A stretch of DNA of 64,000 nt. It comes from a virus. Both the position numbers and the translations under genes were made by a program. The notes below the pieces were generated by a model, which was given only the letters and a program-made list of their open reading frames with translations, was not told where the DNA came from and did not search any database. Shown here piece by piece: positions 54,785 to 64,000 of this stretch. Position 1 is the first letter of the stretch. Each line of letters starts with the position of its first letter. The DNA lies in IMG/VR virus record IMGVR_UViG_3300008262_000040, one strand, 5' to 3'.

Positions 54785-55701
54785 TGGCAAATCAATACAT
54801 ACTAAGTCCTGGAGGAGGTCAAGGCGGTTCTAGTAAGGGAAGTTTATTTGCTATTGGAAGAGTAAAAAGCATTGTTTTAGGAGAATTTAGATATGATGGG
54901 ATAAGAGACCCAGATTACGCCTCACCTAAAGATCTTGGTAAAATATCGTATGAATTATTGTACGCTTCAAAAGGTTTTCCAAGCGGAAAAGGCAATTCAA
55001 TGCCCGCTTATCCAATTTTTACAGCAATACGACAATATCCGTTAATATCAGAAATAGTTTTAATAATGCCCGGTCCTGATTCTGATATGAATGATAATGT
55101 AGAAATACAAGGTATGTATTATTTTCCGCCTTATTCTTTATGGAACTCAGTTAATCATAACGCATTTCCTAATTTATTTGAATATGCCGACTATGTTAAC
55201 ACTCAATTTGAAACTATACAAACAGAAAATAAAACTTTAAACACTGACGCTATTGGAAAATTACCATTGGGATACATGTTTTCTGAAAAGACTGATGTAA
55301 GGAATTTGAGACCGTTTGAGGGAGATACAATAATAGAATCTCGCTTTGGTCAATCCATACGATTTGGTAGTACAAACATAACAAAAAACATGAATACTTG
55401 GTCTTCTCAAGGAGAACTAGGTAAACCAATAACTATAATAAGAAATGGCCAAGGTCCCCAAATCTCTCCAGACTACTTTGAACCAACAGTTGAAAACATA
55501 AATACTGATAACTCTACAATTTGGATGACTTCTGGACAAACTATAGACATAGAAGACATTTCTTTATTTCCGTTAAAATCATTTGGAGAAAAACAAAAGG
55601 TTGCTGCTAGCAATGTACAAACCGTTAATAGAATAGCCACAAGCACAGAAGTAACTAGTGCTATAAATCAAGATAGATCTAATTTGGCAGGAAACAATTA
55701 A
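54784..55701 (+). CDS. baseplate hub / spike N-terminal (gp5/VgrG-like OB-fold) protein
   Basis: QYPLISEIVLI; PFEGDTIIESRFGQSIRFG; first gene of the baseplate cluster. Confidence 0.5.
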   Translation: MANQYILSPGGGQGGSSKGSLFAIGRVKSIVLGEFRYDGIRDPDYASPKDLGKISYELLYASKGFPSGKGNSMPAYPIFTAIRQYPLISEIVLIMPGPDSDMNDNVEIQGMYYFPPYSLWNSVNHNAFPNLFEYADYVNTQFETIQTENKTLNTDAIGKLPLGYMFSEKTDVRNLRPFEGDTIIESRFGQSIRFGSTNITKNMNTWSSQGELGKPITIIRNGQGPQISPDYFEPTVENINTDNSTIWMTSGQTIDIEDISLFPLKSFGEKQKVAASNVQTVNRIATSTEVTSAINQDRSNLAGNN

Positions 55702-55708
55702 TTGAACA

Positions 55709-56149
55709 ATGGCATATTACCCAGAGATACCATATAAAGGAAACCAAGTGATCATAGCATCAGATAGAGTGCACTTATTAGCAAAAAATGACTCAGTGTT
55801 GATATTTGGAAAACAATCTGTAGCTATATCATCAATAAATACAATAAATTTAGATGCCACATCCGAGATAATACTACAATCTCCGAAAGTTAAATTGGGA
55901 TCATTGAAAGCTGAATCGCCTGTTATTTTAGGTGATGTACAAACAAATAAGTTTATAAGTTTTTTAGATAGCGTAGCAACGATATGCGTACAGTTACAAA
56001 GCGTATCAGCGGGTAAAGAACCACCGACGCCTGAACTTGGTATAGCTATGCTTAAATTGGCTACATTTGGAAAACAGTTAGCGTCTTACTGTAATGACTT
56101 AAAAAATCAATTACCAACAGCATTATCAAAAACTAGCTTTACAGTATAA
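55709..56149 (+). CDS. baseplate spike beta-helix-like protein
   Basis: QVIIASDRVHLLAK.DSVLIF...INLDA..EIILQSPKVKLG...SPVILGD. Confidence 0.5.
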   Translation: MAYYPEIPYKGNQVIIASDRVHLLAKNDSVLIFGKQSVAISSINTINLDATSEIILQSPKVKLGSLKAESPVILGDVQTNKFISFLDSVATICVQLQSVSAGKEPPTPELGIAMLKLATFGKQLASYCNDLKNQLPTALSKTSFTV

Positions 56150-57903
56150 TGAGCTTTAATTCACGATACTCACAACAAATAAAACAAAAAACACCTTCTG
56201 ATGCTAAGGGTTTGGAAAAGGTTATAATTAGTTTTAGTTTTGCGGTAGTCGATATATCCTCTTATGTTAATACTATATTTTACGGTAAAAGTGAAATGCC
56301 AGCTAGCGATAAGGGCAAAAGAAGAAAAAACCCTTTAGATATGGGTGTTATACCAATATTGGATATATTAGCGTCTATTGATTTATGTGATTTACTTAAT
56401 TATTTAACAAATGCCTTAGGCAACATTAATATAGGATCTGGCACATTTAATCCAACAAAACAGCCTGAAGATTTTTTTGGTAAAATAAAATGGAGATTTC
56501 AAAAGACAGCATACGATGTTCAAACAGAGATAGACGGATTTTATAATGACTTTAATAATCTAGATACACCTGAAAGTAAAATAGGTGTTTTACGGGTTTT
56601 AACAAAAATAAGAAGCGAATTTGCTGGATTTACACAAGTTATATCTAATTTATCCAATCCCGATAGATTAGCAGCTACGGACCCTGATGTTTTATTATTG
56701 TTAGACGCTTTCCCACAGCTTAAAAACATAGGTAATTATGTAAATGATACTCTATCTTATTTTGATAGATTTACTGATTATCGACAACTACAAAATGAAG
56801 ACGTTCAAAAAATAGTAGATACTATTAAAAAAATTCGTCAATATTGCATAGCTATACAAGCTTTGAATAATCCTTCCGCTATCGTTTCTCAATACGGTGC
56901 AGATTTACTAAAAGATGAAATAAGTCAATTACTAAAAGACATAGACGTTCAAGACGTAGTTCCAACTTTAAAAAAAATAAACGAAACACTAAAAAAGATT
57001 ATTGCTATATGTAATAACATAAACAATATAATCCAATTTGCTACTACTATAATAAGACTATTCTCTACGTTAATATTTGTATTTAGAGTCATAATTAGAT
57101 TTTTAAAAACACTACCAGCTCCAAACCAATTTACAACTGTGGGTGTAACAAATACAGCTTCTGATGTTTTAAACGAAATAAAGAAAAAAGGACCAACGAC
57201 TTTTGAAGTTAGATTAGCTCAAATATCTTCTTTGCTGGGTAGTATAACTTTATTACTAAACACATTATTACCGATTATAAATGAAGTTATACAAAAAGTA
57301 AATAATTTATTAGCTAATTTACAAAATTGTGATAATGCACCTGAAGATTTAAAAAATAGTATGCAAGACACTGTAGACAACTTACAGTCTTCTGTAAATA
57401 CTTTACAAGCATTTTTAGATAATAAAACTCAAAATGATTTAACAAGATCAGATACTCAACTAGGAGAATATACAATACAAATAATAACTGAACAAGTAAC
57501 TGACGAAACATTCAATTTAAGAAGACGTTATGGTGTTGCATTAAATAACAGTGGAATAGTACAAGTAACTTCACAGCCTACATTTGCTTCAGACGATAAT
57601 GTTATAATAAATGAAGTTAAATTACTGTTGCAACAAGCAGGATTGATACAAGAGGGTTCAGGAATTTATACAGATTCAGAATTAAATACTTTAAATCAAG
57701 CGAATTCTTATTTGTTTAACGATAATATAAATACACAACCAGATCTTTCACAAATTAATGCATTCGATTCAGATCAATCATCTATAACTAATTATATATC
57801 ATCTACTGATGGTAATTCACAACTAAGAAAAAGAGCTAGAGCAGCCTTAAATAGAAATAGGCAAAATCTTAGTAGAATATTAGGAGGTAATCCTAGAAGA
57901 TAA
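56149..57903 (+). CDS. large helical protein with hydrophobic segments, in the baseplate cluster
   Basis: Long amphipathic and hydrophobic helices such as IIQFATTIIRLFSTLIFVFRVII. Confidence 0.5.
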   Translation: MSFNSRYSQQIKQKTPSDAKGLEKVIISFSFAVVDISSYVNTIFYGKSEMPASDKGKRRKNPLDMGVIPILDILASIDLCDLLNYLTNALGNINIGSGTFNPTKQPEDFFGKIKWRFQKTAYDVQTEIDGFYNDFNNLDTPESKIGVLRVLTKIRSEFAGFTQVISNLSNPDRLAATDPDVLLLLDAFPQLKNIGNYVNDTLSYFDRFTDYRQLQNEDVQKIVDTIKKIRQYCIAIQALNNPSAIVSQYGADLLKDEISQLLKDIDVQDVVPTLKKINETLKKIIAICNNINNIIQFATTIIRLFSTLIFVFRVIIRFLKTLPAPNQFTTVGVTNTASDVLNEIKKKGPTTFEVRLAQISSLLGSITLLLNTLLPIINEVIQKVNNLLANLQNCDNAPEDLKNSMQDTVDNLQSSVNTLQAFLDNKTQNDLTRSDTQLGEYTIQIITEQVTDETFNLRRRYGVALNNSGIVQVTSQPTFASDDNVIINEVKLLLQQAGLIQEGSGIYTDSELNTLNQANSYLFNDNINTQPDLSQINAFDSDQSSITNYISSTDGNSQLRKRARAALNRNRQNLSRILGGNPRR

Positions 57904-57923
57904 AATTAAAATTAAATAACTAA

Positions 57924-57932
57924 ATATTTATA
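57924..57932 (+). promoter_or_regulatory. putative late promoter ATATTTATA
   Basis: ATATTTATAAGATATG, the same context as the minus-strand copy at 38795-38810. Confidence 0.75.
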
Positions 57933-57936
57933 AGAT

Positions 57937-58371
57937 ATGAGTTCAATAGACACACTTAGAAAAATAATAAGAGAAGAAGTAACGCGCGTTATAAGACAAG
58001 AGTTACCAAAAATTTTAATAGAGGGCGGAGTTTCTAATAAAGATTATAAAAAAAATATACAGGAGCAAGTACAAAAAAGCGTATTTCCAATGACTCTTAA
58101 CGAAGAGGCTGTTAAACCAAAAGTAAATTTTAACAAATCCAACCCATTGGGTCAATTGTTGAACGAAACTGCTATATCTATGACAAGCGACGACGTTCAC
58201 GCGTTTGCTAATTCAACCACTTCAACTGGGCAATTAATGGGACCAAGCAACATAAAAGTGGGAAGCGTGGATTCGATGTTAAATAGTGCAGTTAAGAGTT
58301 CCAATCTAGAAATGGTACAAATAGACACAGTACCAGATTTTAGTCAATTAATGAAAAAAATGAACATGTAA
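57937..58371 (+). CDS. hypothetical late protein
   Basis: ATATTTAT motif upstream; LRKIIREEV leader; GQLLNET. Confidence 0.55.
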   Translation: MSSIDTLRKIIREEVTRVIRQELPKILIEGGVSNKDYKKNIQEQVQKSVFPMTLNEEAVKPKVNFNKSNPLGQLLNETAISMTSDDVHAFANSTTSTGQLMGPSNIKVGSVDSMLNSAVKSSNLEMVQIDTVPDFSQLMKKMNM

Positions 58372-58378
58372 TAGCTTT

Positions 58379-58789
58379 ATGGCTTACGGTTTAAAAAAAA
58401 TATCGCCTCTTGATTTGCGTCCATCTACTGCGATTGGCGTAAAAATACCATTTAACGCTCAAAACGTTTTTACTAGTGTATATACGACCAAAGAGCAAAC
58501 TAAATATAACATAATAAATTTTTTGCTTACCGATAGGCGTGAGACACCTTTTGTGTCTAATTTTGGTGCTAATTTAAGATCATTACTATTCGAACAAATA
58601 ACAGACGAATCTATAACAAAAATTGAAAATTATATATATTCTAGCGTACAGTCTACGTTTCCAAATGTAAATATAATTCAATTAAACATAGATCCAGAAG
58701 AAGACAACGCATCTATAGTTATTAACTTTAGTTATAATCTTAAAAATAGTAACGAAAACGACTCTATAATTATAAAAATAGATAACTAA
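58379..58789 (+). CDS. gp25: baseplate wedge / sheath initiator (gp25/GPW family)
   Basis: KYNIINFLLTDRRETPF..NFGANLRSLLFE. Confidence 0.85.
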   Translation: MAYGLKKISPLDLRPSTAIGVKIPFNAQNVFTSVYTTKEQTKYNIINFLLTDRRETPFVSNFGANLRSLLFEQITDESITKIENYIYSSVQSTFPNVNIIQLNIDPEEDNASIVINFSYNLKNSNENDSIIIKIDN

Positions 58790-58791
58790 GA

Positions 58792-60645
58792 ATGGCAACT
58801 AAACCAGACATAAAATACTTAAACAAAGATTTTGATACATTTAAGTCAGATTTGATAGAATACGCTAAGTCTTATTTTCCAACTTCTTACAACGACTTTT
58901 CACAAGCCTCACCAGGCAGTATGTTTATAAACATGGCTTCTTACGTTGGAGACGTTCTTTCTTACTATTTAGACAATCAAATACAAGAGACTTTTTTACA
59001 ATATTCTAAACAAAAAAACAACCTATTTGCATTAGCGCAAACTCTTGGATATAGACCCAAAGTTACATCTGCAGCTATAGTCGATTTAGAGGTATTTCAA
59101 GTTGTGCCTTCAATTAGACGATTTGGTTTATTGAATCCAGATTTTGATTACGCTTTGACTATAGCGCCAGGAATGGTAGTAACGTCAAACCTAAATAGTT
59201 CTACAACCTTCTACGTTTCACAAAAAGTAGACTTTAGAACTTCTTCTTCTATGGATGATACAAATGTAACCGTGTATCAAACAAACGGCATAGGAGAACC
59301 AATTAGCTATTTGTTAAAGAAAAAAACAACAGCAATATCAGGCGTTGTTAAGACTCAATCATTTACGTTTGGCTCAGCTCAAAGATTCGCAAGCGTAACT
59401 ATTAACGATACTGACATTATTTCGATTATAAGCGCTCAAGACTCTTCTGGTAATGATTGGTACGAAGTTCCTTACCTAGCTCAAAATTATATATACAATC
59501 CTGTAGCAAACATAGCCGCAAATTACCCAGACTTACAACAAGACGCTAATCAAGTTCCATACATATTAGAAAAGGTAAAAGTAGATAGGCGATTCACAAG
59601 TAGGTTTACAAGTAACGAAAGTCTAGTTATTGAGTTTGGTTCCGGGATAAATAGCATAGCAGACAGCGTTATTATACCTAATCCAGCAAATGTTGGAATA
59701 GGTTTAACTTCAGGCTCAGATACTATTAATACTGCTTTTGACCCAACCAACTTTGTAACTACTACCACTTACGGTTTGGCTCCATCAAATACTACTATAA
59801 CTTTCACATATTTAGTTGGTGGAGGAGCAAAATCAAATGTATTGGCTAACGAATTAACAGTAGTATCTAACGTTAATGCCGTAGGTATAAACACTAGTCA
59901 GATAAGCACAGTAGCTACAAACAATCCAACAGCAGCAGAAGGTGGTGGAGACGGAGACAATATCGATGAACTAAGAAATAACATAGCAAACGAATTTCTA
60001 AGTCAAGATAGAGCTGTTACTCAAAATGACTACCTATCAAAAGTGCTATCGATGCCTTCAAAGTACGGAAAGGTATCAAAAGCCTATGTAACAAAAGACG
60101 ATGCTACATTTTCAAACTATACAAAAGCGGATCCGTCAAATAAAGATCAAGCTTTAGTTACTATGTACTTACTCTCTCTAGATACTAACGGTCACATGGC
60201 TATACCAACACAAGCTTTGTTTAAAAACATACAAACCTATTTGTCTGAATATAGAATGATGACTGATGCTATTAATTTAAAATCTGGATACATAATAAAT
60301 ATAGGTTGTAATTTTGATATAACAATTAGACCTAATTTTATAGGACAAGACGTAATTGCTAGATGCATAACAGAATTAAAAAATTATTTTAATATTTCAA
60401 ATTGGCAAATAAATGAGCCAATAATTCTAAACGATATATATGTATTATTAGATAAGATAGAAGGCGTACAAACCGTTAGAGACATTACTATAACAAATAT
60501 AAACAACGTTAATGCTGGATATTCTAAATATGTTTACGATATAGCTGGAGCTACGATACAAGACATCATTTATCCCTCGCTAGATCCTTGCATATTTGAG
60601 GTAAAATTTCCAGACATAGACATTCAAGGTAGAGTAGTATCATAA
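58792..60645 (+). CDS. gp6: baseplate wedge subunit (T4 gp6 / baseplate J-like)
   Basis: DFDTFKSDL..YAK.YFP..YNDF...SYVGDVLSYY.D; LGYRPK; IEFGSG; QDRAVTQNDY. Confidence 0.85.
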   Translation: MATKPDIKYLNKDFDTFKSDLIEYAKSYFPTSYNDFSQASPGSMFINMASYVGDVLSYYLDNQIQETFLQYSKQKNNLFALAQTLGYRPKVTSAAIVDLEVFQVVPSIRRFGLLNPDFDYALTIAPGMVVTSNLNSSTTFYVSQKVDFRTSSSMDDTNVTVYQTNGIGEPISYLLKKKTTAISGVVKTQSFTFGSAQRFASVTINDTDIISIISAQDSSGNDWYEVPYLAQNYIYNPVANIAANYPDLQQDANQVPYILEKVKVDRRFTSRFTSNESLVIEFGSGINSIADSVIIPNPANVGIGLTSGSDTINTAFDPTNFVTTTTYGLAPSNTTITFTYLVGGGAKSNVLANELTVVSNVNAVGINTSQISTVATNNPTAAEGGGDGDNIDELRNNIANEFLSQDRAVTQNDYLSKVLSMPSKYGKVSKAYVTKDDATFSNYTKADPSNKDQALVTMYLLSLDTNGHMAIPTQALFKNIQTYLSEYRMMTDAINLKSGYIINIGCNFDITIRPNFIGQDVIARCITELKNYFNISNWQINEPIILNDIYVLLDKIEGVQTVRDITITNINNVNAGYSKYVYDIAGATIQDIIYPSLDPCIFEVKFPDIDIQGRVVS

Positions 60646-60655
60646 TAATATAAAA

Positions 60656-61756
60656 ATGGCAATATATAAAATATTTTCATCACAAGACGCTAGTATTTAT
60701 TCGAAATTCCCTTCGATGAACGCTGGTTTAGATGAGATTTTAGAAATTTCTGTAAAAAACACTACAGATCAATTCAATAGTCTTACACCATCTTCTGGTT
60801 CAATATTATCTGATGATCTTAGAAGGTCTATAGTTCAATTTTCTAACCAAGATCTTCAGGTTCTTCAAAGCAAAGCAATTGGATCTTGGAAAGCTTATTT
60901 AAAATTATACATAGCCGACGCAGAAAACTTAAGCCAAAATTACACTTTAGAAGTAAGACAAGTCTCTCAGTCTTGGGAAATGGGTACAGGTAAATTTGCT
61001 GATTCTCCTGAGGTTAGAAATGGCGTTTGTTGGTTTAGCACTTCTTCTTACGAAAATACTTCTACAAATTGGATTAATCCGCAATACTATCTTACGTCAG
61101 GCGGTGGCTCTTGGACAAATTTGTACGCTACTCAATCTTTCAATAATAATTCAAGCAAAGATATAGAAGTAGACGTAACAAACATAGTAACTGCGTGGTT
61201 CAACGATATTAATACAAACAATGGATTCTTAATAAAACATGAGACGTCTATAGAAAATGATCCTAATAGTTACATAGTATTGAATTATTATAGTAACGAT
61301 ACGCACACTATCTATCCACCTACTTTAGAATTGCGTTGGGATGATTCAGTTTATGTTACTGGGAGTTTGACCCAGATAAACAATTCGTATTCAGTTGTTA
61401 CTATGGCTAATAACAAAAATTTGTATAACAACAATACTGAAAACTATAGGTTTAGAATAAACTGTAGAGACATGTATCCTACTAGAGTTTTTACCACGTC
61501 TTCATTATATACGACAAATAAAATATTGCCGTCCTCATCGTATTGGTCTTTAATCGATGCAAAATCAAACGATATAATTGTAGATTACGATACAGATTAC
61601 ACAAAAGTAAGTTGTGATGGAGTTAGCAGTTATTTCGATTTACACATGAACGGATTAGAACCAGAAAGATATTATAAAATATTAATAAAATCTGAGTTAT
61701 ATTCTGGAGAAACAGTAGTATACGATAACGATTACATTTTTAAAATCGCTAGGTAA
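60656..61756 (+). CDS. virion structural protein (DNRLRE-like beta-sandwich)
   Basis: QDASIYS...NAGLDEILE...RSIVQF...SWEMGTG...VDVTNIV.AW...NNGFLIK...YPPTLE. Confidence 0.55.
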   Translation: MAIYKIFSSQDASIYSKFPSMNAGLDEILEISVKNTTDQFNSLTPSSGSILSDDLRRSIVQFSNQDLQVLQSKAIGSWKAYLKLYIADAENLSQNYTLEVRQVSQSWEMGTGKFADSPEVRNGVCWFSTSSYENTSTNWINPQYYLTSGGGSWTNLYATQSFNNNSSKDIEVDVTNIVTAWFNDINTNNGFLIKHETSIENDPNSYIVLNYYSNDTHTIYPPTLELRWDDSVYVTGSLTQINNSYSVVTMANNKNLYNNNTENYRFRINCRDMYPTRVFTTSSLYTTNKILPSSSYWSLIDAKSNDIIVDYDTDYTKVSCDGVSSYFDLHMNGLEPERYYKILIKSELYSGETVVYDNDYIFKIAR

Positions 61757-62103
61757 TGGCAACTCAAGAGGTTAGTCTGATAAAGCTTGTTAAAGGCACA
61801 AATACCTATACATCTGTAATTGATACCGAGTTTACAGAGCTTGTTAGCCCTATTGAAGAAACTACAGAAGTAGCAGTTACAGTTGAAAGATTTTTTGAGT
61901 TATATGATGAATTGTTTTTCGATATACCTGTAGACGGCGAATTAAACTCACACAAGTATCTAGTAAATAGAAGTACTCAGTATTTGGGATCAAATGTTAT
62001 AGATGCGGAAAAACAAGCTTTGATTGAAGAAATAAATTCTTTGAGATCTCAATTAACAGAATTAAATAATAGTTTTATAACTGCAAATAACATAGTACAA
62101 TAA
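61756..62103 (+). CDS. hypothetical baseplate-cluster protein
   Basis: TAATG-coupled on both sides; C-terminal coiled coil. Confidence 0.6.
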   Translation: MATQEVSLIKLVKGTNTYTSVIDTEFTELVSPIEETTEVAVTVERFFELYDELFFDIPVDGELNSHKYLVNRSTQYLGSNVIDAEKQALIEEINSLRSQLTELNNSFITANNIVQ

Positions 62104-64000
62104 TGGAAATAGTAAAAATATATAGAGGCAGTCAAACGGTTAATTATCAACAGTACGATAATAAAGATGAAACATTAATTGTTTCCAGTTATATAAATTC
62201 AGAAATAGATCCCAATGTTGACATAATAGAAGTAACTGCTTATGGAGAGAATAACGAATATTTGGACTATTTAGCAACAGTAAATACATACAAACAAGTA
62301 CAGGGCGCGATTAATCCAGTTTCTGGTTTAGTAAACAAAATACAATTAGATCCAAAATTAGATGCGGGTATTTTAGGATTAGATAGAGGTAGAATCAATC
62401 TTCAATACAATTTTTTAAAACCGCTATTTAATTCAACTAATATTAATTATTATTGGATAAAACAAATATCTCCGTCAAGAAAAGAAATAAAACTTAGTAG
62501 TCAATACATAAGTAACGAAGCTATACGTGGAGGTTTTGCTGATTTTCAGGCTTACGTAGCACAAAAAAATTATTTCGTAGATTTTTATTTAAACTTTGGT
62601 CAAAATAGACTAGCAATTGCCAATAACGCTGCTCTTGTAAATGAAAATAATCAAACATACCTATTAGTAAAACTTTACGAGCCATTACCAATAGAACTAA
62701 ACGTAAAAGACACGGTTTGGCTTTGCGATAAAATAGCGGATTCGGTAATATACACTATAGATACTGAAATAGAAGCTGATCAAACTATTGACGAAAACGC
62801 ATTAAGAGGACCTAATCGTAAAATAAAAATTAACGATAGACAAGGGCAGACTACACCATACTACAATTACTCGTCTTTATTTTCTAGCAATCTGTCTTCG
62901 TCTATGCAACAGCTGTCAAGCTATTACGATGATAAAGCCATAGAAATAAACGTAGACTACACAAATTTTTCTAATTTCATACACTTTTCAAGCGCTACAG
63001 AAAGAATAAACAATTTTGTATATAAGTTAGAACTTATTGAAGGGTATCAACAAGAGATATTAGATTCTCAAACCTTAGCAAGTATGGGTTCTCAAACCCT
63101 AACGGCTGTTTCTCAATCAAACGTTTTAATACAACAGAAGATAGATAACATAATAAAGAAGTTCGATGTATACGAGTATTATCTATACTACTCATCGGAG
63201 TCTTTTGCATGGCCAAAATCCACTTCTATAAAACCTTACGCTTTATATTCAATCACGTCATCTCAAGCATTAGCTTGGTTAGGAGACGAGTATACTTATC
63301 CGTCTTTAGGCGCAGTATCAATGCTATATTCCGCTTCTTTATACGATGATACTAACAAAGATAAGCTTTCAAATGCAATACCTCAGTATCTATTAGAGGA
63401 TAGTAATAACGAACCGTATGTCGCTTTCATAGACATGATTGGTCAACACTTCGATAATTTGTGGTTATATTACAAAGATTTAAGCAATAGATACTCGTCT
63501 TTCAATAATCCAAAATTAGGGATATCAAAAGATTTAGTTGCTGATGCTTTGAGAGGATTTGGATTTAATTTATATACCAATACTAGCGTATCAGACAATC
63601 TTTATTATACGTTATTTGGAATGAACCCCGATGGAAGTCTATTACCTCCCACTGGTTCAGAGATAATAACTAATTATGTTACGTCTAGTATAGATACGCT
63701 ATCTCCAAGAGAGTTGGATTCGGAAGTATACAAAAGACTGTATCACAATCTAAGTTATCTACTAAAGACAAAAGGCTCACAACGCGCTGTAAAAGCATTA
63801 ATCGCATCTTACGGTATACCCGATAACATATTGACAGTAAACGAATTTGGAGGTAACAACATATACACAGGAAGCGGGATATTTGAAATAAATAATCAAA
63901 AGATTAACTACTTTACTCAAAGCGCTGAGTTATCGGATCCGGTGCTTTCTCCATATGTTACTTTACAAAGATACAATACAGATTATAGGAATAACGTATT
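62103..64000 (+). CDS. large baseplate wedge protein (gp7/gpI-like), partial (not in the ORF track)
   Basis: ATG at 62103 (MEIVKIYRG...), apparently open to the window end; contains FIDMIGQHFD...ALRGFG...KRLYHNLSYLLKTKGSQRAVKALIASYGIP. Confidence 0.65.
   Translation, partial: MEIVKIYRGSQTVNYQQYDNKDETLIVSSYINSEIDPNVDIIEVTAYGENNEYLDYLATVNTYKQVQGAINPVSGLVNKIQLDPKLDAGILGLDRGRINLQYNFLKPLFNSTNINYYWIKQISPSRKEIKLSSQYISNEAIRGGFADFQAYVAQKNYFVDFYLNFGQNRLAIANNAALVNENNQTYLLVKLYEPLPIELNVKDTVWLCDKIADSVIYTIDTEIEADQTIDENALRGPNRKIKINDRQGQTTPYYNYSSLFSSNLSSSMQQLSSYYDDKAIEINVDYTNFSNFIHFSSATERINNFVYKLELIEGYQQEILDSQTLASMGSQTLTAVSQSNVLIQQKIDNIIKKFDVYEYYLYYSSESFAWPKSTSIKPYALYSITSSQALAWLGDEYTYPSLGAVSMLYSASLYDDTNKDKLSNAIPQYLLEDSNNEPYVAFIDMIGQHFDNLWLYYKDLSNRYSSFNNPKLGISKDLVADALRGFGFNLYTNTSVSDNLYYTLFGMNPDGSLLPPTGSEIITNYVTSSIDTLSPRELDSEVYKRLYHNLSYLLKTKGSQRAVKALIASYGIPDNILTVNEFGGNNIYTGSGIFEINNQKINYFTQSAELSDPVLSPYVTLQRYNTDYRNNV

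Noticed and set aside
56541-63216. Short minus-strand ORFs in the baseplate region
   Set aside because: They are antisense to long plus-strand structural genes, including the partial ORF from 62103.
1-64000. Stop-codon reassignment
   Set aside because: Core genes are full length and densely packed under the standard code, and TAA, TGA and TAG all occur as stops.

Overview
This window is a 64-kb piece of a large, AT-rich, T4-like myovirus genome (contractile tail, standard genetic code). The host is very probably Bacteroidota: one gene carries a T9SS C-terminal sorting domain, signal peptides are followed by Gln, and Shine-Dalgarno sites are not evident. Minus strand, 1-51.6 kb, in reading order: primase; a fused SbcD-SbcC (gp47/gp46-like) nuclease; about 20 small to medium genes that look like capsid-packaged internal proteins or enzymes; terminase; portal; prohead protease; scaffold; major capsid protein; PhoH; neck and tail-completion proteins; a ~17-kb block of modular tail-fibre and LamG proteins; and a secreted T9SS-tagged metalloprotease. 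Plus strand, from 52 kb: glutaredoxin, HD hydrolase, a gp55-like sigma factor and baseplate genes. Main observations: (1) a putative capsid-cargo addressing system, in which many unrelated proteins share an I-x-L-x-x-I/L-L-x-E leader or a copy of the scaffold C-terminal Q-K-I/L-A-G-I motif, and some appear to be protease-cleaved polyproteins; (2) a 14-copy ATATTTAT promoter-like motif that is the reverse complement of the T4 late promoter; (3) a ~225-nt multi-hairpin candidate ncRNA at the strand switch, plus several structured 5' leaders; (4) a phage-encoded T9SS substrate. All family calls come from reading motifs by eye; no searches were run.
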